This document shows, piece by piece, positions 45,653 through 53,074 of a stretch of DNA of 64,000 nt (positions within the stretch are counted from its first letter, which is position 1; every line of letters begins with the position of its first letter). This DNA is from Anaerolineales bacterium. Its GTDB lineage: Bacteria; Chloroflexota; Anaerolineae; Anaerolineales; RBG-16-64-43. The DNA lies in NCBI GenBank assembly GCA_049511715.1, contig JBEKXU010000007.1:8615-72614 (forward strand). Reading direction: 5' to 3'. Under the pieces are notes generated by a model that was not told the DNA's origin, did not search any database, and saw only the letters and a program-made list of their open reading frames with translations. Both the position numbers and the translations under genes were made by a program.

Positions 45653-46430
45653 GGAGAGCCTCATCGGATAACTTCGGTAGGACCTCGGCGATATCTTCCC
45701 GGAGGACGACATCCGCGCGAGGGTCCAAGTAGGTGGGAAGGCGGTTGATGATAATCAGGTGAGCCCCATGTTGAAGCGCATCCATGGGGAGCATTGCCGC
45801 CGGAGTTACTTCCAGGGACGAGCCCACGACGAGGACGAGACGAGCCTTGGAGAATTCCCGATGCGCCCGCTGGAGAAGGGGTTGCGAAAGCTGTTCTCCA
45901 AAAAGGATGACATTGGGCTTGAGGACTCCGCCGCAGATCTCGCAGCGGGGCACGTCAGTCGGCTGGCGCAGCCAGCGCGTCAGCGGATCGGGGCCGTGGA
46001 GACGATAGCAGTTGAGGCACACGGCTTCCCGGAAACTCCCGTGGATCTGCAGAACCCGGGACGAGCCGGCTTGCTGGTGGAGATCATCGATGTTCTGCGT
46101 GACCACGCATTGCAGGCGCCCCGCCTTTTCCAAATGCGCCAGAGCCCAATGGGCGGCATTGGGTCTCGAGTTCATCCAGCCCTGAGCCAGCGGCCGGATC
46201 CACTCGTAGAAGCGCTCCGGATGATAGCGAAAGACGGCCTGTGAGGCCACCTCCATCGGGTCGACCCGTTCCCATAAGCCCAACCCAGGGCTTCGGAAAT
46301 CCGGGATCCCCGAGGGGGTCGAGATGCCCGCACCTGTCAGAGCCACGGTGTAGGGCGAGGAGAAAATCAGTTCTCGGGCAAGACGGAGGTGCGAGGGGGT
46401 ATCGCTGCGGGCACTCGGGTCGAGGGTCAT
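45639..46430 (-). CDS. NAD-dependent protein deacylase (Sir2/CobB family)
   Basis: GAGISTPSGIPDFRS, TQNIDDLH, catalytic His in QIHGS, Zn ribbon CLNC ... CEICGG. ATGA overlap with the upstream gene. Confidence 0.9.
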   Translation of the reverse strand: MTLDPSARSDTPSHLRLARELIFSSPYTVALTGAGISTPSGIPDFRSPGLGLWERVDPMEVASQAVFRYHPERFYEWIRPLAQGWMNSRPNAAHWALAHLEKAGRLQCVVTQNIDDLHQQAGSSRVLQIHGSFREAVCLNCYRLHGPDPLTRWLRQPTDVPRCEICGGVLKPNVILFGEQLSQPLLQRAHREFSKARLVLVVGSSLEVTPAAMLPMDALQHGAHLIIINRLPTYLDPRADVVLREDIAEVLPKLSDEALHVAL

Positions 46431-47569
46431 GCAGGCGCTTTGCTGGCCAGACGGTCGGCGAGTTGGCGCATTTGATCCGAGATGAGGGCGTTGGGATCGT
46501 GCAGCACCAGGGGGACCCCATTCTCGGCCGACTGAAAGGCCAGCTCAGGGGCGGGGGTAATGCTTCCCAGCGCTGGCTTGCCGATCATTTCCTCAATCTT
46601 GGAACGCGCCATTTGCAGGCTCGAGCGCTCCCGGTTGGCCAGCACGAAATCGACCCTGGTCCGAGGCACGCCGGCCGCCTCAAGGTCGGCCATCAAGGAG
46701 CGCGCCATGAGCACGGTATAGCGCACGGGCTCCAGGAGCACAAGAATCTGGTCCGCCAGGGGCAGAATGCGCAGCGCCGAAAGCGAGAAACCGCTCCCGA
46801 GATCCAGAAACAAGAAGCGCGTCATCATTGCCAAGCGCCGGACGATGATTTCCAGGCGATCCGTTTCTTTCAGCAGCGCGTAGTCGTGCGGATCGGCCGA
46901 TCCCAGGAGGAAGCGGGCGCCGCTGGAGTGGTTGACAATTTCCTTTTCGATGGTTCTTGCGTCCAGCTCATCTCGAGGCTTCTGGAGCAATGCCGTCAAA
47001 CCCGAGGGGCGGTTGATCCCCAGAAGGAACGATCCGATGGATTGTCCCGGCCGGATCTCACACAGAATCACGTCCAGCCTCTTGTTGGCCATGAGGACGG
47101 CCAGATTGACCGCCAGGGTTGTCGTGCCCAGTCCTCCCTTGGCTCCGATGAAAGCCAGAATCCTCGCCCGCTGGCTGGGTGCCACGGTCGCCGCCGGCTT
47201 GGCTCTGCCCAGGAGGGCCTTCACATGGGCCAGCAACTCTGCGGGGTGAGTTGGCTTGGGCAGATAATCATCTGCCCCGGCCTCAAAACCTTGGACCTTG
47301 TCGTCGACCTGGGCCTTGGCGGTGAACATCAGGATCGGAACGGAGGCAAAAAGAGGGTCCGCCCGCAGTCGGCGGCAGACCTCGAACCCATCCAGGTCCG
47401 GCATCATGACGTCGAGCAGGATGAGATCTGGTCGCTCACCGGCGGCCTTGCTGAGCGCCTGCGTGCCGTTGATCGCGGCCACGATGGAGTAGCCTCGCCG
47501 CTGGAGCATCATCCCAACCAGCTTGAGCGTGTCTAGGTCGTCGTCCACGATCAGGATTTTCTCGGGCAT
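46427..47569 (-). CDS. response-regulator receiver fused to a MinD/ParA/CpaE-type ATPase
   Basis: Canonical receiver (ILIVDDD, LILLDVMMPDLDG, MFTAK, DDYLPKP), then deviant Walker A FIGAKGGLGTTT. Start at ATG 47569 (MPEKILIVDDD). Confidence 0.8.
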   Translation of the reverse strand: MPEKILIVDDDLDTLKLVGMMLQRRGYSIVAAINGTQALSKAAGERPDLILLDVMMPDLDGFEVCRRLRADPLFASVPILMFTAKAQVDDKVQGFEAGADDYLPKPTHPAELLAHVKALLGRAKPAATVAPSQRARILAFIGAKGGLGTTTLAVNLAVLMANKRLDVILCEIRPGQSIGSFLLGINRPSGLTALLQKPRDELDARTIEKEIVNHSSGARFLLGSADPHDYALLKETDRLEIIVRRLAMMTRFLFLDLGSGFSLSALRILPLADQILVLLEPVRYTVLMARSLMADLEAAGVPRTRVDFVLANRERSSLQMARSKIEEMIGKPALGSITPAPELAFQSAENGVPLVLHDPNALISDQMRQLADRLASKAPA

Positions 47570-47631
47570 CTCTGCCAGGGCCTCCCGCGCGCAGTATCCG
47601 AGTCTAGCACATTCGCTGAGGCCAGACAAGT

Positions 47632-47653
47632 TTCAAGCAGTATTCAAGCAGTA
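47632..47653. repeat. perfect tandem direct repeat, 2 x 11 bp (TTCAAGCAGTA)
   Basis: TTCAAGCAGTA occurs at 47632-47642 and 47643-47653, followed by TTGCG. A third GCAGTAT core lies at 47591-47597. The site is in the divergent intergenic region of the signalling locus. Confidence 0.8.
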
Positions 47654-47780
47654 TTGCGTTGGTCCCCCGGGCATATAATCCTCGGGGAAGAAAGGCCCGC
47701 GGCTGGTCTGAAATGCCCTCCCACGTTGCCAAGCAAGAAGAACGTAGTGCAGCGGCACGCCGCTTGCACCGGGGACGATC

Positions 47781-50700
47781 ATGACCTTTGAACTCTGGCT
47801 CCAAGGGATTCCTCAGTTCCCGATTCTGCCTTTTCAAATCCCTGTTCTCCTTTTCCTTGCCTTTCTCCTCGCCATCGTCTTCACTCAGTCCCTTCCAGGC
47901 TCCCTGAATCTGGGCTGGGCTCAAAAGGGCCTTTGGATAGGGCTTGCCATCCTCGCCGCCGGGCTGTCGGGCGTTGCGGTCGTGCGCATCCCGGTGACTG
48001 GTCTGGCGACCATGCCGGGCATCCCCCTGAGCCCCCCAGAACCGCTGGCAGGACTGGTCGCCATGGTTCCGGTGGTCCTGGGAGCCGGCCTTCTGGGGCC
48101 CTTGCCTGCCATCACGCTGGGTTTGGTCGTTGGCGGCGAGCGAGCTTTCCTCGACACCCACCAGGCTTTGACCATCCTGGAGTACGGCTTGGTTGCTTGG
48201 AGCGTGGCTTGGTTCGTGCGGCAAGATTACACGGGACGGTTCTTCGCATTTCTGCGGCAGCCTGTCGGCGCTTGCTTGGGATCCGTGCCGTTTGCGCTCG
48301 TCCTGCGCCTTCTGACCGACTATGGCTATGCCCGCAGCGATCTGGTTGTGAGTACAGATTTCGTTCTTTCACGTCTCCCTGGCCATGCGTTGGCAATCGT
48401 GCTCGAATTCGCGGCGGCCGGGCTCATCGGGCAGGGCTTGAAGGCGCTCTTGGGGAGGCGTTGGCCGGGCCCCTCCAGGGTCCGGTCAGCCTGGTTTCAA
48501 CGCAGGCTCGTATGGCACCTGAGTCTTTGGCTTACCTTGCCTCTGGCTTTGATGGCCGTCCTGATTCTGGCCGCGACCGTCACCCAGTCGCAAGCCCAGG
48601 CGCAAGAGGCGCTCTTGGAGCAGGTCCGGATGTCTTCTCAGGAGGCCGCAAGCGCCTTGTCCGTTTCGCTGATGACCGGACAGACCCTCCTTCAGGAAAT
48701 GGGCAATGATGTGCTGCGCCTGCAAGGGGCCCCGGGTTCCCTGCAGTCCTACCTGTCCGATCGGTTGCAGCAGCCTGCCTACTTCCAGCAATTGGCCTTC
48801 CTGACCGGCCCCAATCATGTGGTGGCCGCTTACCCCTCGCTGCCCGACCCCTTTTGCAGCGAGCCCGCAGAAAACCAGGGATGCCTGCAGGCACTCAAGG
48901 GGTCGTCGTGGTTGGGCTGGATTGACATGCCGGGTTCGGAAAACCCTTGGCTTTCCATGATCCAGCCGGTGCTTGCCGGTCAAGGGCAAGTGGTTGGCTT
49001 TGTGGTTGGGCGCACCTCGCTTGAGATCAATCCTCTCCTTTCCCCAGCTCGGACCTCTCTCCAGTGGATCAGCGGGTCGCAGGGGCTTTTGCTCGACGCC
49101 CAGGGAAATGTCCTTTATCCTGCCCAGGCCGAGCCCTGGGTCGGAGAGAAGGCGGCCGGGCATGATGAGCAGGGCGGGTCATGGTACCTGGATACCACTT
49201 CGGACGGACGACGCAGGCTGAGCTACCTCTTTCCGATGTCCTACCCGAACTGGGATGTAGTCATCCGCGTGCCCGAGGAGAATGCCTTTCGGGCTTCCCT
49301 GGACGTCGGAATCCGGGTCGGCCTTCTTATTCTCCTGGTCACCGTGATGACCCAACTTCTCGTGATGCTCATTGCGCAGCAGATCACCCAGCCGCTCCGA
49401 GGCTTGGTGGCTGCGGCCGAGGGGATTGCGGCGGGAGACCTGGATCGCCGGGTGGAGGTGCAGGGGGAGGACGAGTTCGGTGTTCTGGGCCGCGCTTTCG
49501 AGACCATGCAGCGCAATCTGAAGAGGCAGGCGCGGGATCAGGATCTGCTCCTACGCGCCAGTCAGACGGTGGCCAGCCAGTTGGACTTGCAGGAGGCTTT
49601 CCGGACCCTGCTTCAGGGGGCCCTGGCGGTCAGCGGAGCCGCTGGAGCCCGAATCGTTCTGGTGTCTTCCTCCGCCTCCGCCTCGGGCTACCGCGAGTTC
49701 TTTCAGGGTGACCTGGCGGAAAAAATGGCCTCGCTGGACGAATACGTTGTGTCCCTGGTGCGGGAGCGTTCGCCTTGGGCCGTAGGCAACCTGGCTCGGG
49801 AGAGGAACCTCTTTCCCTCCTACTTCACGGCTCAGTTGGGCGCCTTGCTTGCCTTCCACCTCATGCAATCGGACCGCTTCTACGGGGCGCTGTGGCTTGC
49901 CTTTGCCCAGCCGCAGGTGTTTGATCAGGGTACGCTGGACCTTCTGGCCGCACTGGCCAGCCAGGCGGCGGTGGCCGCCTCGAATGCTCGGCTGCTCGAG
50001 TCTGCGGAAGGCGGGAGGCAAAGGCTGGAGGCCATACTCTCGGCCATTCCGGACGGCGTGCTGATGACCGATGCCGACGGACGGCTGCTTTTCTACAACG
50101 CGGCCGCTCGGGAATTGCTGGGGGCTCCGCTGCCGGAAACGGGTCAGGTTCTCCCGGAGCACGGCGCGCTGGCGGAGCTTTCCGAGGCGCTGCGCGGTTC
50201 CCCCTCCGAGGGAGGGAATCTCGAGATGCCCGGAGCGGACGGGCGGGAGTTGCTGGTGTCTGTGGGAAACGTGCCCGGCACGGGCTCCGGATCGCTGGGC
50301 CAAGTCTGCCTGATCCAGGATGTGACGCGCTTCAAGCAGCTGGAAGACTTGAAATCCGAGTTTGTTCACACCGTGAGTCATGACCTGCGCCGGCCGCTCA
50401 CGCAGATTGGGGGCTTGGCGAACATGCTCGAGATGCTTGGCCCGGTCAATTCAGCCCAGCAGGAGTACATCGGCCGCATCCGCGCGGCCGTGCAGAACAC
50501 GACCCGTCTGGTGGAGGATCTCCTGGACTTGAGTCGGATTGAAGAGGGGGTCGGATCCAAACGGGAGCCGGTGGAGATCCGGGAGCTGGTTACCCGAGTG
50601 GTTGAGGATTTCCGCAGCGAAGCCGGGTCGCGAAGCGTCCAGGTAACCGTGCTGCTGCCAAATCAGCTGCCCAAGATTCAGGCGGACCGGGCGTTGTTGG

Positions 50701-51023
50701 AGCGGGCGCTGGGGAATCTCATTGACAATGCGATCCACTTCAACCGGGCCGGCGGATCCGTGCAAGTCCGTGCCGACGTCCGGGACGAGCAGCTGTTGAT
50801 TGCCGTGGAAGACACGGGTTCAGGAATTGCTCCGGCCGATCAAGGCCGGATCTTCGAACGGTTCTACCACGCCGGGAATCGCGATCCCTCTTCTCCGCCG
50901 GGCTGGGGCTTGGGGCTGGCGATCGTCAAGTCCATCGCCGACTGGCACCAGGGCCGGGTGTGGGTCGAGAGCCAGCTGGGAAAAGGAAGCACCTTCTACC
51001 TGTCGCTGCCGCTTTCGCCCTGA
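47781..51023 (+). CDS. multi-sensor membrane histidine kinase (polytopic N-module, extracytoplasmic domain, HAMP, GAF, PAS, HisKA, HATPase)
   Basis: ~7 N-terminal TM segments, a ~230-aa loop, TM plus HAMP (ITQPLRGLVAAAEGIAAGDLDRRV), H-box FVHTVSHDLRRPL, NLIDNAIHF, DTGSGI, GWGLGLAIV. Confidence 0.85.
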   Translation: MTFELWLQGIPQFPILPFQIPVLLFLAFLLAIVFTQSLPGSLNLGWAQKGLWIGLAILAAGLSGVAVVRIPVTGLATMPGIPLSPPEPLAGLVAMVPVVLGAGLLGPLPAITLGLVVGGERAFLDTHQALTILEYGLVAWSVAWFVRQDYTGRFFAFLRQPVGACLGSVPFALVLRLLTDYGYARSDLVVSTDFVLSRLPGHALAIVLEFAAAGLIGQGLKALLGRRWPGPSRVRSAWFQRRLVWHLSLWLTLPLALMAVLILAATVTQSQAQAQEALLEQVRMSSQEAASALSVSLMTGQTLLQEMGNDVLRLQGAPGSLQSYLSDRLQQPAYFQQLAFLTGPNHVVAAYPSLPDPFCSEPAENQGCLQALKGSSWLGWIDMPGSENPWLSMIQPVLAGQGQVVGFVVGRTSLEINPLLSPARTSLQWISGSQGLLLDAQGNVLYPAQAEPWVGEKAAGHDEQGGSWYLDTTSDGRRRLSYLFPMSYPNWDVVIRVPEENAFRASLDVGIRVGLLILLVTVMTQLLVMLIAQQITQPLRGLVAAAEGIAAGDLDRRVEVQGEDEFGVLGRAFETMQRNLKRQARDQDLLLRASQTVASQLDLQEAFRTLLQGALAVSGAAGARIVLVSSSASASGYREFFQGDLAEKMASLDEYVVSLVRERSPWAVGNLARERNLFPSYFTAQLGALLAFHLMQSDRFYGALWLAFAQPQVFDQGTLDLLAALASQAAVAASNARLLESAEGGRQRLEAILSAIPDGVLMTDADGRLLFYNAAARELLGAPLPETGQVLPEHGALAELSEALRGSPSEGGNLEMPGADGRELLVSVGNVPGTGSGSLGQVCLIQDVTRFKQLEDLKSEFVHTVSHDLRRPLTQIGGLANMLEMLGPVNSAQQEYIGRIRAAVQNTTRLVEDLLDLSRIEEGVGSKREPVEIRELVTRVVEDFRSEAGSRSVQVTVLLPNQLPKIQADRALLERALGNLIDNAIHFNRAGGSVQVRADVRDEQLLIAVEDTGSGIAPADQGRIFERFYHAGNRDPSSPPGWGLGLAIVKSIADWHQGRVWVESQLGKGSTFYLSLPLSP

Positions 51024-51613
51024 GGCCCTGGCTCGCGGTGGCTGTTCCTCTGGGGGGGCCCTACCGGGGCGCCTGCCTGACCGCGGCGTCGCTCTTCTCC
51101 TCCTTTTAGCAAGAGTTGAAAAGTGAACTCGAATCCCAGCCAGGGGAAGGCTGGTGGACTCGAGTATCTGGTTCTTCCGCCAGATGCCGACCTCCAGGGC
51201 CTAGTTGACCTCGTCAAATAGTAGGCGCAGTTCCAACTCTTGATCGAACGGGGCCTTGGGAACTTTGATTCCCCAGCCGAATAGGGGAATACGTGGGCAG
51301 GCATTCACCATACCGTGTTCCCGCAGACAGCCTGCCCGGGCCAGGCCAGGGAAGATATCCGTGGGCGAGGAATGAGGTTTGGGGTGAGTCCAAGACCGGA
51401 AGAGGCTGTTGCCTTCCTCCACCGCCCGGACGAAACGCATTCCGGGGATCTCCCGGTCGTGGAATGGACTTGGTGATTGTTGCCTACCCTGGACCGGTGG
51501 GCCAGGGCGCCGGTCGACCTCTTCCCGGGAGCGTAGCCGCGGGTGTCCACTTTTCGACTTTGAATGACACGTTGCTCTTCTCCTCCTTGAAACTTCGTTG
51601 CTGAACAGTTAGA

Positions 51614-53074
51614 ATGACCTCCATGTCTCCCATGACCTATGACGAAGCCCTCGATTACCTTTATTCCTTCGTCGACTACAGCCTGCAGCGTTCCTACCGC
51701 TACTCGCCGGCAACTTTCGACCTTGCCCGGATGCGCGAATTGCTTGACAAGCTTTCCCATCCTGAGCGCTCGTACAAGGTAATTCATGTCGCCGGGACCA
51801 AGGGAAAGGGATCGGTGTCCGCCATGTGCGCTTCGGCGTTGCGGGCGGCCGGTTACCACATCGGGTTCTACACTTCCCCTCACCTGGTAGACTATGCGGA
51901 GCGAATCCAAGCGGACGGGCATGACATCCCCCACGAACGCCTGGCCGAGCTGGTCGAAGAGATCCGCCCGGTGGTGGATGCGATCCCGCGGCTTACTACC
52001 TTTGAGATCACCACCGCTCTGGGCTTTCTCTACTTTGCGCGGGAAAAGGTCGAGGTGGCGGTGGTTGAAGTGGGTTTGGGCGGGCGCCTGGACGCCACCA
52101 ACTTGGTCCATCCGCTGGTTTCCGTGATCACCTCTCTTTCCCTGGATCATACTCATCTTCTGGGCCACACCTTGGCAGAGATCGCCCGGGAGAAGGCCGG
52201 GATCATCAAGCCCGGGGTGCCGGTAGTCATCGCACCTCAGAGTACGGAGGCACTGCGGGTCCTTGAGATGATCGCCGAGGAGCGCCAATCGCCCCTGGTG
52301 CAGGTGGGGCGCGACTGGCTCTTTGCTCCGCACACCCATTCGCTTGACGGCCAATCCCTTTTCATCTGGTCGGCGGCAGAACAGGATCGCGTCAACAGCT
52401 TCCTGGAGAATGGAAGGGAACTGGAATGGGTTCCGCCCCGCTACGAGATTCCGCTCCTGGGGTACCACCAGGTGATCAACGCGGCGGTGGCCTACGCCGC
52501 TCTCAAGGAAGCCGGGGATCGGGGCTTGCCGATCCGCGAAGAGGCGATCCGCGAGGGTTTTCGGAGCGTGGAGTGGCCGGCCCGGTTCCAGATTCTCCAT
52601 CGCCGTCCGTTCGTGGTGGTGGATTCCGCCCACAACCGCGACTCGGCCGCTCGGTTGCGGACGGCGCTTGACGATTACTTCCCTTCCAGGAAAGTGATCC
52701 TCATCTTTGGGGCCTCCGTGGACAAAGATATCGACGGGATCCTGGATGAACTGATCCCTCGCATTTCCCGCGTGATGGTCACGCAGGCTGACCATCCGCG
52801 GGCCTCTGACGCTGACGACTTGGCGGCACGGGTCCGCACTCGCGGCTGCCCGGTGGAGATCCATCAGCCGGTGGCGAACGCCTTGCAGCGCGCGCTCGAG
52901 CTGGCCAGGGACGAAGAGGTTGTCCTTTCTGCCGGGAGCATGTTCGTCTCAGCCGCTGTGCTTGGGGCTTGGCCCGAGGTCTGGGAATCTGAGGCCAGCC
53001 GACGGGTTCAGCAGAGGATTGCGGCGAACCTGCCGATGGAAGGATCAGGAGATGAGTGGTCCGGACTTCCGTGA
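51614..53074 (+). CDS. folC: bifunctional folylpolyglutamate synthase / dihydrofolate synthase
   Basis: YDEALDYLYSF, Mur-ligase P-loop HVAGTKGKGS, SLDHTHLLG, DSAHN. Alternative in-frame starts at 51623 and 51632. Confidence 0.9.
   Translation: MTSMSPMTYDEALDYLYSFVDYSLQRSYRYSPATFDLARMRELLDKLSHPERSYKVIHVAGTKGKGSVSAMCASALRAAGYHIGFYTSPHLVDYAERIQADGHDIPHERLAELVEEIRPVVDAIPRLTTFEITTALGFLYFAREKVEVAVVEVGLGGRLDATNLVHPLVSVITSLSLDHTHLLGHTLAEIAREKAGIIKPGVPVVIAPQSTEALRVLEMIAEERQSPLVQVGRDWLFAPHTHSLDGQSLFIWSAAEQDRVNSFLENGRELEWVPPRYEIPLLGYHQVINAAVAYAALKEAGDRGLPIREEAIREGFRSVEWPARFQILHRRPFVVVDSAHNRDSAARLRTALDDYFPSRKVILIFGASVDKDIDGILDELIPRISRVMVTQADHPRASDADDLAARVRTRGCPVEIHQPVANALQRALELARDEEVVLSAGSMFVSAAVLGAWPEVWESEASRRVQQRIAANLPMEGSGDEWSGLP

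Noticed and set aside
45639-46430. Sir2-domain protein considered as an anti-phage NADase (Thoeris, DSR or SIR2-HerA type).
   Set aside because: It has a canonical short sirtuin layout with a Zn ribbon and catalytic His. It has no fused effector or sensor domains, and no HerA, TIR or Argonaute partner. Its neighbours are signalling proteins.
51200-51610. Possible transposase/integrase (rve) remnant on the minus strand (WTHPKPHSS resembling YN-x-x-RPHSSL, and HSTTGRSPE resembling HSDNGSEF).
   Set aside because: The two look-alike segments come from different frames of the same DNA, so they cannot be consecutive parts of one protein. The matches are only 4-5 residues, and I saw no inverted repeats.
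51500-51613. THF riboswitch upstream of folC.
   Set aside because: The conserved THF aptamer core I remember (CGCGUUAAGUG ... GCAUCCGC) has no counterpart. This still needs an Infernal scan to be certain.
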